Assembly (NCBI GenBank): GCA_030141605.1
Contig: JAQGDQ010001120.1
Span: forward strand, 1-61,365
DNA length: 61,365 nt
Direction of reading: 5' to 3'
Origin: Tubiluchus corallicola
Taxonomy: Eukaryota > Animalia > Priapulida
The notes beneath the pieces were generated by a model. That model saw nothing but the letters and a program-made list of their open reading frames with translations. It had not been told where the DNA came from and ran no database searches. Position numbers and translations under genes: made by a program. Shown piece after piece: positions 26,274-39,254 of the stretch (positions within the stretch are counted from its first letter, which is position 1; the number at the start of each line of letters is the position of its first letter).

Positions 26274-27141
26274 CTGAGGCAAAACAGCTGTGACTGTACT
26301 GTCCTGTAACTGAGGCAAAACAGCTGTGACTGTACTGTCCTGTAACTGAGGCAAAACAGCTGTGACTGTACTGTCCTGTAACTGAGGCAAAACAGCTGTG
26401 ACTGTACTGTCCTGTAACTGAGGCAAATCAGCTGTGACTGTACTGTCCTGTAACTGAGGCAAAACAGCTGTGACTGTACTGTCCTGTAACTGAGGCAAAA
26501 TAGCTGTGGCCGTACTGTCCTGTAACTGAGGCAAAACAGCTGTGACTGTACTGTCCTGTAACTGAGGCAAAACAGCTGTGACTGTACTGACCTGTAACTG
26601 AGGCAAAATAGCTGTGACTGTACTGTCCTGTAACTGAGGCAAAATAGCTGTGGCCGTACTGTCCTGTAACTGAGGCAAAACAGCTGTGACTGTACTGTCC
26701 TGTAACTGAGGCAAAACAGCTGTGACTGTACTGTCCTGTAACTGAGGCAAAACAGCTGTGACTGTACTGTCCTGTAACTGAGGCAAAACAGCTGTGACTG
26801 TACTGTCCTGTAACTGAGGCAAAATAGCTGTGGCCGTACTGTCCTGTAACTGAGGCAAAACAGCTGTGACTGTACTGTCCTGTAACTGAGGCAAAATAGC
26901 TGTGGCCGTACTGTCCTGTAACTGAGGCAAAATAGCTGTGGCCGTACTGTCCTGTAACTGAGGCAAAATAGCTGTGGCCGTACTGTCCTGTAACTGAGGC
27001 AAAACAGCTGTGGCCGTACTGTCCTGTAACTGAGGCAAAACAGCTGTGACTGTACTGTCCTGTAACTGAGGCAAAACAGCTGTGACTGTACTGTCCTGTA
27101 ACTGAGACAAAACAGCTCTGATTGTACTGACCTGTAACTGT
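26274..27141. repeat. 36-bp minisatellite, about 24 copies
   Basis: Unit ctgaggcaaaacagctgtgactgtactgtcctgtaa. Confidence 0.97.
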
Positions 27142-27484
27142 CCCGAGACTGTTGTAATGTTGGCAGTTGGGCATGCCTGTCAGCACTTCTCACAAGACAG
27201 CTCAAGTGGCTGACTGAATGGGACTTATGCACAAAGTCTCAAGTTCAAATACACGGGCATCTTTTGACGTCTGCTGAATAATTCTTAAGAAAGAACGATA
27301 TTTACATGCGATGTTTGTTGATGATCTCTGCTTGTGTTTTTTTTTCTAGTAAAACAAAGTTTTTAATGTTTAGCACACAGAAGCAAGAAGGACCCGGGTG
27401 TATTATTCTTCCAGATAAGTTTCTACGCTTTTCAAATGCAAAGTTAAATAATAAAAAAGTGCTTAAATGTTGCATTGGTTCCAG

Positions 27485-27616
27485 GTTACCGGGGCCAGCA
27501 TTAGATCTCTTAGACAAGATGTTGGAGTTAGATCCTAGCAAGCGTTATACTGCCGAAGAAGCACTGGCTTCGCCATGGTTAGAGCCGATTGATCCAGCTT
27601 CTATGCCGCCACCTGA
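27485..27616 (+). CDS. CDK12: CDK12/13 coding exon 8
   Basis: LPGPALDLLDKMLELDPSKRYTAEEAL...MPPP; ccag acceptor, GA|GTAAGT donor. Confidence 0.95.
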
Positions 27617-28203
27617 GTAAGTTTTTTTAAATCAGTAGTGTGATAATTGTTTATCGATAATTTATTAAGCTAATTGCAAAGTCCTTTAAAAATGATTTCA
27701 CTTGTCTCTCACTAGACATCAGTAGGTTTTGTTTCCTGTTGAATGCAAGACTCATAATTAGTTTCAAGCGACCGTGAAAATATAGGATCTTAGCTAGGGC
27801 TTCATTGCTAACGAAACGGAAATGGGTAGCTAGGTATCGGTAAGATCTATAGGTGGTTTCAAGAAAGCAGAAAGAAATTAATTGGTAGAGACATGAATAA
27901 AACTCATAGAACGTTAAATTAAATAGCGTTGAATATTTGCCTCTGGAACGTATCTCAATTCTTTTACATTACTTTCTATGGAAGTCTAAGCTTCGTTTAA
28001 CGATGTTTCGCTTAACTTCGCATTTTTGCTGGAATGCATTAGCATCGTTAAGCAAGGACTTGTTGCATTTCAACAAGTTGCTTGGCAAAAAATGTGGTTT
28101 TGTGTGTGTGGGTGTTATCTGCGAACGGACCGCTTGTCCAAATGATGACATAAAGCTGAAAACTGATTTCATACCGTGCTATTATAGTTTGTTTTTGTTG
28201 CAG

Positions 28204-30982
28204 CCTTCCATTGTGGCAAGATTGTCATGAGATGTGGAGTAAGAAGCGTCGTAAGGCTTTGCGAGCTGAGCATGATGCTAAGACTGCTTCTCAACGGGGC
28301 ATAACACACAGTGAGTCTGCTAGTGTACTCCCGCTGTTGGGCAGAGACGGCGAAGATCCCGCATCAGCCGACACGAGAAGTCGTAGTGAAAATATTACCA
28401 AAGACACTACGCCCAAAGTACCATCATCTTCGGGCACACCGGCAAAAGATCCTTTGTCGTCAAAGGAATCGGCTTCTAATGTTGGTAGTAAATTTGAGAC
28501 GAATAGCAGTGGATCTGAAAAGCATTCGAAAAGTGAAAATTCACAACAAAGTGATGACACAACGGATAGTGCAACGCTAGCGTCTACTATTACAAATTTA
28601 CTCAAGGATAACCCGGGCATGAGCATTGCAAATCTGACTAAAAGGTTTAATCTGAAAATGGACCCTAAAACTCAGACTGTCCTAGAAACATTGAGTGCTC
28701 AGTTGATGGTGGCAAATTCTTCTGCAGCTACAAAAGATTTGCAGATGAGTGGCACAAAAAAGCAATCCAATGATTCACCTAGTGTAAATTTATTACGAGA
28801 TAGTAAGGTGAAATCTAAATCAGCGTCCAGAACAAATGGCGGCCTACTTGACATCCCTACGGAGGCCCCTTTGCCTCCCGAGCTCAGACCCGGTTACGAT
28901 TGGCAAACTGCTGCGGAACCACTTAGTGCTAGTGTTTCGAGCGAGTCGGTGAGCAGTAATGTCGCTAGTGAACCAGTGAGCACAAGTGCTTCGAGTGAAC
29001 CAGTAACCAGTCAAAGTACAGAAGGTGTGAAGGCAGCTTTAGTTCAGTTACTAGCTGCACAGGGTGTAAAAGTTACTTACGGTAACTCAGACCTCGCTGG
29101 AGACACAGCATCGTGGACAGACAACAAACCGTTAGACAATTTAGCAAACAACAATGTTAACGTTTCCGGTTACCCAGGTGAAAGTGATCAACAGTACCCA
29201 ACTGCATCAACTGTTGACACCGTAGTGACTAATGCGAATATTGTTACGCCTAGTTCATTATTAACAGGTTTAACTCAACTATTTGGCGACACTCTCAAAA
29301 GTGTAGGATCTAGTGTGGCACCTGTCAGTTCTGCAGACAGTTTAGCACTTGATTCGTCTCATCTGTTGACGGCAACTGAAACGTCTCGTGCCGTCGTGAA
29401 TAATCCAATGTCTATTCCAAAATCGGAAATGACGTACGAGCATTCTGATAGTTTTACAACAAAGAGCGAAAGCAGCATAACTACGGTGGGGCAGAAAAAA
29501 CAAGTCTTTGATTATGAAGCCAATTATTACAGGAATGATTTTGCAAGGTGCACTTTAAAAGAAGATTCTTATTATGATGAACAAAAGAGAGAGTTAGATT
29601 ACGAAGCTGAAAGGTATTTGGGCAACCGCTCTCCATACAGATACGACGCACGCAGCGATTATTTGATGGACAGGTCTCTTTCTTATAGAGATGGTGGTGA
29701 CGTGATTACTCGTGATGAATATTTTGGAAGCAGCCCTCGATCGGTCGCGCCAGGTCACAGGAGCAAGATGGATTTTGAGAGACCAGTCAGAGTGTACTAC
29801 GATAATGATTTTGATGGGGTAAAGCAGAGACGCATTTCGTCGCGTGTTAATGATGACCGAGAAGTTGAACCGGGCAGAGCTGAAAATGATTATCCTGGTA
29901 GAAGTAGAACAGCATTTTCAACAAGTTCAGAATTTAGTCAAAGAAAAGCATATCGTGATGACAGGGAGGAGTGGTCACGTAACGTCTTAGAAGCCGAAAG
30001 GAGGTCTCAAGGGCGGCGGAGTTATCCCGACCAAGTGTTACCTGACAGTACCTCATTTGATGAAAAAACTTGCGCACCTTTAAGTGAAAAGAGAGAGAAG
30101 CTAGGCAATGCTGAACAGGTAAACTGTAAGTTTGGCAAATGTGAAAGTGATAAATTGCCAGATGCATTTAGTAAAACTGTCCCACATCTCCAATCTGGCC
30201 AGTCGGTAAAAGATGCGTCCAGTTCGGGAAGTGATAACGACAACGGTGGAAATGGTCGTCGGTTGCCGTCACTGATGGACATAGTTACTAGCAAGCCTAC
30301 CACTAGTGAACAAGAACAAGCACACTCATCACCTCCAGCACATCCGAGCGCGGAAGAAGCTGCGCAGGCTCCAGTGAATGTGCGACGGCTAAATTCTCCT
30401 TGTGATATATACAGCGAAGTGTCGGAAGATGTTCGTAACAGATTGTCTGTTAGTGATAATTTGCAGACTAGTAAACAGTCGTTGCTTGTGAGCGATGAAG
30501 AGAAAACGAAACGCACAACTCCGTCAAGTTTACATCAGCAATCAGCAGCATCCGACGAGGATGCAATTAGCAAGGTAAGTAACGATCAAAGGACGGAAAT
30601 GCAACCGTGGCTCAAGCAACCACTTGCAGGTGGCAGTAAGGGTGACATCCCGTCACTATTGCCCAGTCCTGCCGGGCACGTGCTAAGGCATCGTGCACAG
30701 ACTCCCATGCATGCGGTGAACCCCCGACCGCTCGTTAATCAACAACTTAGACAGCCTGCCCCGTTGTTAGCACGGGGTGGCCCGATGTCGCGATTTTCTC
30801 ACGCTCGAGCTCCGCACGTGCAGCCGCACAGGTACCCGAACGAATTCTACGAAGACGAGTTGGCAGATGCACAGAATGAGTTTGCGACTGGAAGATCCGA
30901 AACTCGTGGCGTAAATTGGAATCGTGGGAAGAACGTCCCAAAGCGTGGCATGCAATGGTCGCTAAGAGGTCGGTATTATTAG
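28204..30982 (+). CDS. CDK12: CDK12/13 terminal coding exon (kinase extension plus long disordered tail)
   Basis: DLPLWQDCHEMWSKKRRK kinase extension; GVKAALVQLLA motif; open frame to TAG at 30980-30982. Confidence 0.9.
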
Positions 30983-31419
30983 TTGTGTTATATATACTTG
31001 TCATTTGTAAATATAAATTGACAAATTTCTATGTTTATCATGTGTTACCTGCACTTGGTAATGTTACTTGGATAATTTTCTTGCCTCTAGTACTTATATC
31101 ATGAAGCAGCGTTGGTTTGCAACTCTCTGCTGTCTGGGTTTGAAGAAAATTATGCAAGTTGCGGTGAATTGTTATTAAAAAGTGTATTATATTTGAAACT
31201 GTAAGATTAGTTGCATTCATTTCGTAAGCTTAATGTACACGAGATTTTCTACAGTTATTTATTCACCGGTAAGAAACTGGTGAACCTTGTTTCTTGGGGT
31301 AGTTTACATTGTAACAAAAGTAATTTTTGCCATGATATGTTGTAAAGTATGATGGTAGTTGTCTGAAAAAATGTGAAACATAGCTTGGATGTTCTGTTGT
31401 TTTTTTTTTGTAACCCGAT

Positions 31420-32425
31420 GCGTAACCAGCAAGAAACTCTTACTCAAAACAAGGCTGCGACTCTTCAATTCATATGTAACTTGTATCTTCATGTACAGCA
31501 GTGTAACGTTGGTGCTTAACTGCAACTCAGGAAGCAGAAATAGCTGTAATTTCCCAGAAATCTACTCACAAAGATTTAAAAATAAAATGGCAATAATATC
31601 ATGTCAAATGAGTAACTCTATAACAGAGTCAACGAAGAACAATATCATTTCAAATGAGTAACTCTATAACAGGATCAATGAAGAACATTGGAGCACTAAA
31701 ATGGGTAGGACATTTAATGAGATTGCCAGAAACAACACCAATAAGATTATCGTTAAACATTGGAACATCAAAATCAGAAGACTAAGATTGGTAGGACATT
31801 TCATGAGATTGCCAGAAACAACACCAGTAAGATTAGCATTAAACATTGGAGCATCAAAATCAGAATCAGAAGATTAAGATGGGTAGGACATTTAATGAGA
31901 TTGCCAGAAACAACACCAGTAAGATTAGCATTAAACATTGGAGCACTAAAATCAGAATCAGAAGACTAAGATGGGTAGGACATTTAATGAGATTGCCAGA
32001 AACAACACCAATAAGATTAGCATTAAACATTGGAACATCGGAATCAGAAGACTAAGATGGGTAGGACATTTAATGAGATTGCCAGAAACAACACCAGTAA
32101 GATTAGCATTAAACATTGGAACATCAGAATCGGAATCAGAAGATTAAGATGGGTGGAACACGTAATGAGATTGCCAGCAACAACATCGGTAAGATTAGCA
32201 TTTAAACGAGGCACTGAAACCTACTAAACGACCTCCAACCAAAAACAACTTGGATATCAAGAATTAATAAAGATTTACAACAGCTGAGAACAAACTTAAC
32301 AATAGCATCACACGAGTTGACAATTTTAACTGCAGACCGGAAACAGTGGGGTGCTGTAATAAAGGATAGAGGCTCTATGTCTACAATAGATGTTTAGAAC
32401 AACAAAAGACGAAGAAGAAGAAGAT
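31420..32425 (+). mobile_element. Decayed RTE-clade LINE 3' portion with internal tandem amplification
   Basis: KTRLRLFNSYVTCIFMY and IRIRRLRWVGHLMRLPETTPVRLAL are RTE RT C-terminal motifs; (GAA)n tail at 32411-32423. Confidence 0.75.
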
Positions 32426-32880
32426 TATGTTTAACCAAAAGAAAAAAATCTGAACAAACCAGAACAGAAGCTTCTGGGTATAAATGAGGAGCATTTGGAA
32501 CACAATGAACCAGCTGATAATCTTGATATCATGCACTTTAATAAATATCCGCTTTTTTTACAATATGCAGTAGTGATCGGTAATGAAAGACAGATTCACA
32601 AAAGTAGCAAAAGTCTAGTAAAGGTGCAGTCAAGTTGACTTTAAAACAAACTACATAATATCAGACCCCTTTATCACCTAATTTTGCGGCTCAAAAAAAA
32701 TTGGCATTAAGCGAGTTTGGCGCAATAACGAAGTGCATTGATACATACTTATCTAGGCAAATACAGACATTTTGTTTTGCTGGTGTTATAACAAGGTTGG
32801 GCTGGGCGTGAAATAAAAACCTTCATGGTGTTTTAATGCAACTTTTGGTAAAAGTTAGAGCACATGAAGCGATCTTTGTC

Positions 32881-33056
32881 GCTCTCTCTCTCTTGCCGTT
32901 TCTGTGTCTTCCCCTCTCTCATTTTCTGTCTCCCTCTCCCCTCTCTCTCTCTCTCTTGCCGTTTCTGTGTCTTCCCCTCTCTCTCATTTTCTGTCTCTCT
33001 CTCCCCCCTCTCTCCTTTCTCTTTCCCTCTCTCTCTCTCTGTCTCCCTCTCAACCT

Positions 33057-33128
<72 letters not shown>

Positions 33129-33272
33129 TCCCCCTCTCTCTCTCCCTCTCTTGCCATTTCTGTGTCTTCCCTCTCTCTCTCCCCCCTCTCTCCTCTCTCT
33201 CTCTTTCCCTCTCTCTCTCTCTGTCTCCCTCTCAACCTTTTTTCTCTCTCTCTCTCTCTGCCTATCTATCTA

Positions 33273-33307
<35 letters not shown>

Positions 33308-33336
33308 ACCTCCCTCCCTCCCCATTCTCTCTCTCA
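32881..33336. repeat. Complex (CT)n / (TA)n microsatellite
   Basis: Polypyrimidine tract with internal duplications, then a (TA)n run. Confidence 0.95.
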
Positions 33337-33354
33337 TCCAATCATTTTCAGTTG

Positions 33355-33560
33355 CAGGGTCGGCCTTAGGTAATTGGAGGCCCTAGGCGAAGTGAGTTTG
33401 GTGGCCCCAAATGAAATAGAAAAATAAAAAATAAATACGAAAAAAATAAAATTACGCAATTTATTAAAAACTATAATGTATGTTACCTCGGCGTGAGGCC
33501 CCCCTGGAGGGTGAAGCCCTAGGCGGTTGCCTAGTTTGCCTATGCTTAAGGCCGGCCCTG
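33355..33560. mobile_element. hAT-like MITE
   Basis: TIR CAGGGTCGGCCTTAGG...CTTAAGGCCGGCCCTG; TCAGTTG repeated on both flanks (7 bp rather than the usual 8). Confidence 0.75.
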
Positions 33561-34017
33561 TCAGTTGGGTGGGTGTTTTCTACCCCCGTCTATAAAACTT
33601 AATTATTGTATATTCTCACAGTCACATTACAATTTTCTCACAAAAACATGTACATTAAACTTGTATTAAACATAAATAATAGCTCTCTTTAACTGCTGTT
33701 TTTTTTCTTTCAATTTCTCCTGCTGCTGTTATTGTAGATTCTGTAGTGCAAGAGTTTGCAATAGGATTGCTGCGGGTAAAAAGAAAAACAAAAGAACAAC
33801 AGAAGGAATACAGAATAAATTATTTGTCTCAATAACATTATACGAAGGTTATATGAAAATAAATTTCTCAGCAAAATTTTTGTAACGTCAACATCGTTCC
33901 AATTACTGTCGAGAATTATAGTGCCGACCATCCGTGCAGATGAAATTTTTGCTTTTCACATTTGCCTTAAAAAATCAGCTTTGTAACCAGAAAGTAATCG
34001 TTGAACATTCAAATCAT

Positions 34018-34194
34018 AAACGTGTCCGGTGGATATATCAGTTTCACAATTCTACATAAAGTCTGGAACACGATACTCAATTTTTATACATGTCTAAGAT
34101 AGAGTATAAACGTGTCCTGTGGATAGATTAGTTTCACAATTCTACATGCAAGTCTGAAACACGATACTCAATTTTTATACATGTCTAAGATAGA
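34018..34194. repeat. About 90-bp direct duplication
   Basis: aaacgtgtcc...aacacgatactcaatttttatacatgtctaagatag occurs twice. Confidence 0.9.
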
Positions 34195-35512
34195 CCAAAG
34201 CATATGATAAGTGAATTTTACATATTGCTTAATAAACTCGGCCAAATTCTCTTAAATGTGTAATCTTATTGTTATAAGTAGCTGTGTAAAAAAACTTGAG
34301 GATTTAAACTTGTTCAGCCCATGCTATTAGATGCAATAATTGCTACGCATTCAAAAATTGTGAAAGGGATTTTAAAGTACATTTCAAAAAACTTTGGATA
34401 CAAAATTATTTTTAGTAATTTAAAATGTTTCCGCCAACTGGTAGTGTCACTGTTTTACTAACCCAGAGTGCAGCAAAAACGTCGATAATTCACCAGATAA
34501 TATTAATGTTGTTGACAAGATAAGGTACTTTCGCCATTAATTAAAGAATATACCAGCTCTGTCTCAAACAACAAAACGACAAGAATAAATTTAACAACTT
34601 TATTGTAACTCGCAAAGCAACGAGGTTATAACTAGAAAGATGAGCGCAACGGAAAACTAAGAAGTTGAAAACAAAAGGGCAACTTTGCAAAAGGGATGAA
34701 GTTGATAACACTAGCAACACGCATGTATACTGGCGTTTATCTTAAGTAAAGTAAAATGGTAAACTTATTAAGTTTAAACGGTTACATGGCTTCATCATTT
34801 AACGCCATCTACATTTTTCTCTAACTTTTGCTGCAGCAGCAAATGCTCCAGTACAAACATCCTTCAGTTTTGCTTTTATTCACACAACATAAACTGTGTC
34901 TCCATAAATCTCAAAAACGTAAGAGATGCATTAGGCCTGGGAAGGAACTCCAAAAATTGATGTAAACTTTTTGCACTTTCGTAAGTTTTAGGCTTTTGGG
35001 GCTTTTTGGAGTGTAAAATCAAGAAATTTGTCCGGCTTTGTGGTTTAATTTTGTTGATTTTTGTTTCGAAAAAACCCTCATAAGACCTCTTCCAGGCCCC
35101 GCCCTCCTAGCTGGCTCTTGTCCTCTGATTTCGGTTGGTGACGAGGTAGCAGCCTTATGTCCATATTCACAGAACTGCAGTATTTAACACAGGTTTTTCT
35201 GCAGAGTTCCTTCTGTGTGAAATTACGACAATCTTCACATTTATGTTTGCGGACACAACTGCATGATAGCCCAAACTGGCTTCTCCCTTGCGGACACAAT
35301 TTCGACCTGCCCTGCATGATAGCCTAAACTAGTTTCTCCCTTGCGGACACAACTGCATGGCAGCCTAAACTGGCTTCTCCCTTCACAGAGTGCAAAATTG
35401 GCTTCCCATTACCTCCTTCATTTGTCAAACTTGCTTGAATCCAATGATGAAGCACAATGTTACAGTTCTCAGCTCACTGTGTCTTAAACGTTCGTGTTTA
35501 AATTAGCTTTAA

Positions 35513-35974
35513 CCCTTTCATACCCGTTGTATCCCGTGGGATACGAGAGTATTTTCTGCCTTTAAAATTAATAAAATTTTAAAACTGACAATTATTTGAT
35601 CTTTAATAGTTATTTTGATTTAAGCCAATAACAATAGACTAAAAATAGTGATAAAATGGCAAACTAAAAAATCTACATAGCATAAAAAACTGCGCAAGGT
35701 ACAGTACTTTAGAGACGACTTTGTACAGATCAGCATAGCATGCATACTAAATGTCTTAAATACTTTAAAAAAATATCAGCAGTTGCAAAATTAAGCACAG
35801 TTTATGCTTCCATTGAATCCCAATGTATCCCGTGGGATACAGGCAATTTTTAGCACGTATATTTGGCACAGGTAGAAAAAAATAATTATTATGTGTAAAC
35901 AAGATGGACATACTGAACAAAAGTACCAAGCCAAAAAATTTTTCTTACTAAAAAATAATTTGGGACTGAAAGGG
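35513..35974. mobile_element. piggyBac-type MITE, copy 1
   Basis: TTAA|CCCTTTCA...TGAAAGGG|TTAA; internal palindrome GTATCCCGTGGGATAC occurs twice. Confidence 0.88.
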
Positions 35975-36077
35975 TTAATACAAAAACAAATTCTTTTGAT
36001 GGCAAAGGATCGCCCATACTTAAGCAGTTACTAGTATAAACGTTTAGTAGAACGTTTAGCCATTGAAAAAATAGATA

Positions 36078-36823
36078 GTTCTTTTGTTCAACTACTTGAT
36101 TTAATGCTCTTTTGTTCAACTACTTGATTTAATGTTGTTTTGTTCACAACTACTTGATTTAATGCTCTTTTGTTCAACTACTTGATTTAATGCTCTTTTG
36201 TTCACAACTACTTGATTTAATGCTCTTTTATTCAACTACTTGATTTAATGCTCTTTTATTCAACTAGTTGATTTAATGTTGTTTTGTTCACAACTACTTG
36301 ATTTAATGTTGTTTTGTTCAACTACTTGATTTAATGCTCTTTTGTTCACAACTACTTGATTTAATGCTCTTTTGTTCACAACTACTTGATTTAATGCTCT
36401 TTTGTTCACAACTACTTGATTTAATGCTCTTTTTTCAACTACTTGATTTAATGCTCTTTTATTCAACTAGTTGATTTAATGTTGTTTTGTTCACAACTAC
36501 TTGATTTAATGCTCTTTTGTTCAACTAGTTGATTTAATGTTGTTTTGTTCACAACTACTTGATTTAATGTTCTTTTGTTCAACTACTTGATTTAATGCTC
36601 TTTTGTTCAACTAGTTGATTGAATGTTGTTTTGTTCACAACTACTTGATTTAATGCTCTTTTGTTCAACTACTTGATTTAATGCTCTTTTGTTCAACTAC
36701 TTGATTTAATGCTCTTTTGTTCAACTACTTGATTTAATGCTCTTTTGTTCAACTACTTGATTTAATGTTGTTTTGTTCACAACTACTTGATTTAATGTTC
36801 TTTTGTTCAACTACTTGATTTAA
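36078..36823. repeat. 28/30-bp minisatellite, about 26 copies
   Basis: Unit tcttttgttc(ac)aactacttgatttaatgc. Confidence 0.96.
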
Positions 36824-37737
36824 TATACAATCATGGCACAATAGCAAGCAACACATTATGTTTACCTGAATAATTTCCATAATTATTACTTACCTGTTCT
36901 TGTTGCTTCTTTTCCTCCAGCAAACCATATATAATTAGAGAAGGTAAGTGAGAAATAAACAGGTCGTTCTCCCTCTCCGTACATTCCTCACGTTCTCTCT
37001 CTCCGTACATTCCTCAATACGAACCGAAACAGCCACCAAAGCAGCCGATTCTGACCCCTCTAACTACCCCCTGTTACAGTTACGTACGTGGTGGGGTGCT
37101 ATTATCATTTAGCAACTGACATTTTCCCAAAATGTCACCTACATCAATGCTGTGACACAATTCCCTACAGGCTCATTGAATATGGAACCCATCCGAAGAT
37201 GTTTTCAAAATGAATCTCTGCTTAAACATGCTACAGCAGAGGAACTATAATAAACTTTATCAGCATTGCAGTCTAGAACAATATTTTAAGGTAAAGACAA
37301 TAAAGTCATGACAATAGCTGAGTTTATAGTACAAATGCTTTATTGGATGTTTTACAAATTAGGAATTATTTCCTATTTAACCTCTAAAGTCTAAATCTAA
37401 ATTAGAATTTATACACCAATCAGCTTATATACAAGCAAGATTCAACTTGTCCAGCGACAGGTATATACACCAATCAGTGTATATACAAACAAGATTCAAC
37501 TTGTCCAATGTGTGTTTTACATAATAATTACTACATATTAAAATCCTGTTCTGTCCTACCAAGTTTTACTGTATAAACAAGTAATATTGTTTTTTACAGA
37601 CATCAGAGAAATCAGCCATTGCTTTCTCCTGAACTGAGGCAAAGTCATTTAACGATAACGCAGATCTTTCGATAGTCTCTTTGTCAATATCTTTTGTAAG
37701 GTAGGTATAATACAGTTTATATTTTCACACTGTTCAC

Positions 37738-37902
37738 CTAGCTATGTATGACATTGGATGTATCGCACAGACTGTCTCCCTTTACCGGAGATGCGGTAAG
37801 ATGCTGCCATGGATCCTGGACCATTGAAGGGTGATAATAATCACTTATGTTGCTTTGCCGTTCGCCCGAAAACTTGTGTTGTTCATACTGTTTACCAAAA
37901 CC
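37738..37902 (-). CDS. MPLKIP: MPLKIP-like coding exon 2
   Basis: tttgcag|GFGKQYEQHKFSGERQSNISDYYHPSMVQDPWQHL...VIHS*. YYHPSMVQDPW matches the conserved MPLKIP C-terminal YFxPSMLEDPW motif; total protein 188 aa. Confidence 0.85.
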   Translation of the reverse strand, partial: GFGKQYEQHKFSGERQSNISDYYHPSMVQDPWQHLTASPVKGDSLCDTSNVIHS

Positions 37903-37973
37903 CTGCAAAAAATATACAGAACTTGGGAATTAAACATTGCTTAATAATCAAAGTTGTACACCATTAATGTTAA

Positions 37974-38427
37974 CCCTTTCAGTCCCAAATTATTTTTGTA
38001 ATAAGAAAAAATTTTTTGGCTTGGGACTTTTGTTCAGTATGTCCATCTTGTTTACACATAATTATATTTTTCTACCTGTGTCCGTGTGCCAAATATAGTC
38101 TGTATCCCACGGGATACATTGGGATTCAATGGAAGCATAAAATGTGCTTCATTTTGCAACTGCTGATAATTTTTAAAGTATTTAAGACATTTAGTATGCA
38201 TGCTATGCTGATCTATACAAAGTCGTCTCTAAAGTACTGTACCTTGCGCAGTTTTTATGCTATGTAGATTTTCTAGTTTGCCATTTTATCACCATTTTAG
38301 TCTATTGTTATTGGCTTAAATCAAAACAACTATTAACAGATCAAATAACTATCACTTTTAAAATTTTATTAATTTTAAAGGCAGAAAATATTCTCGTATC
38401 CCACGGGATACAACGGGTATGAAAGGG
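37974..38427. mobile_element. piggyBac-type MITE, copy 2, inverted relative to copy 1
   Basis: TTAA|CCCTTTCAGTCCCAAA...GGGTATGAAAGGG|TTAA; close reverse complement of 35513-35974. Confidence 0.88.
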
Positions 38428-39254
38428 TTAAGAATTGTTATGCTTTTGTGGTAACATTACGATTTACTATTAACGATAGTTTTGAGCTGCACAATCCTAC
38501 AGTAAGCATGGAACAAATTACCATTTGAAAATTTACGCTATAGGTGATATGTGGAGAAAGTATGAATGAGTGAAAATTCATTCGACTTTCATTTTTTAAA
38601 AAGTCGTCTCTGTGAGAAGAAATTGCATTGCTTTGCCCGACACAATTCAAAATAATCATCAAATCCAAACTTTTGCATACGTGTTTTTAAAATCTTTGCA
38701 AAAAATATGCAACGTTAGTGAAAACCCACTGTATGAGAAATGATGAGTGAACATTTGAATTTGTAATGACAAGATAGCCTAACCTGTATGCAGTGGCATA
38801 TCTAATGAGGGGAGGAGCAAGGGGAGCAACAGCTCCCCCTAGGAGATTTTTCAAAATTGGTAGCTTTTCGATAATTTTTTAGTTCACTTGTGAAGTTGTT
38901 GAACAATAATCGGCTGAATTAGATAAAGTCCTGCCTTCGTTTTACAATGGAAAAGGATAGATTGTCTCTGCATTGAAAGTGACTTAGTAACTGAAGTAGA
39001 TTATAATGAAGTTACACATTACTTTGCTACAATGAAGTCTAGATGAGAGAGACTGTTGTAGTTCCTTCTTGATACATTTTTCACAATGACTCATTTTGTT
39101 TTCATTTTACGTTTGAAATTAAAATAATTCAATAATGCTCATTCTTATCATGTTTTCATATTTAAGAACTTGCTGTAAACTTTTAATTTTGTTTTAATTT
39201 TAAACACAAAATAACAATTATGTACTTCCTTTAAAACTGTGTCTTTCTCGTGTT

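Noticed and set aside
26228-27232. Long repetitive ORFs in all three minus frames (334/291/252 aa)
   Set aside because: Artefact of a stop-free 36-bp unit inside a CDK12/13 intron; no evidence of coding selection.
36890-36950. Strong donor-like sites on both strands (36893 minus, 36944 plus)
   Set aside because: No partner exon or recognisable protein could be built.
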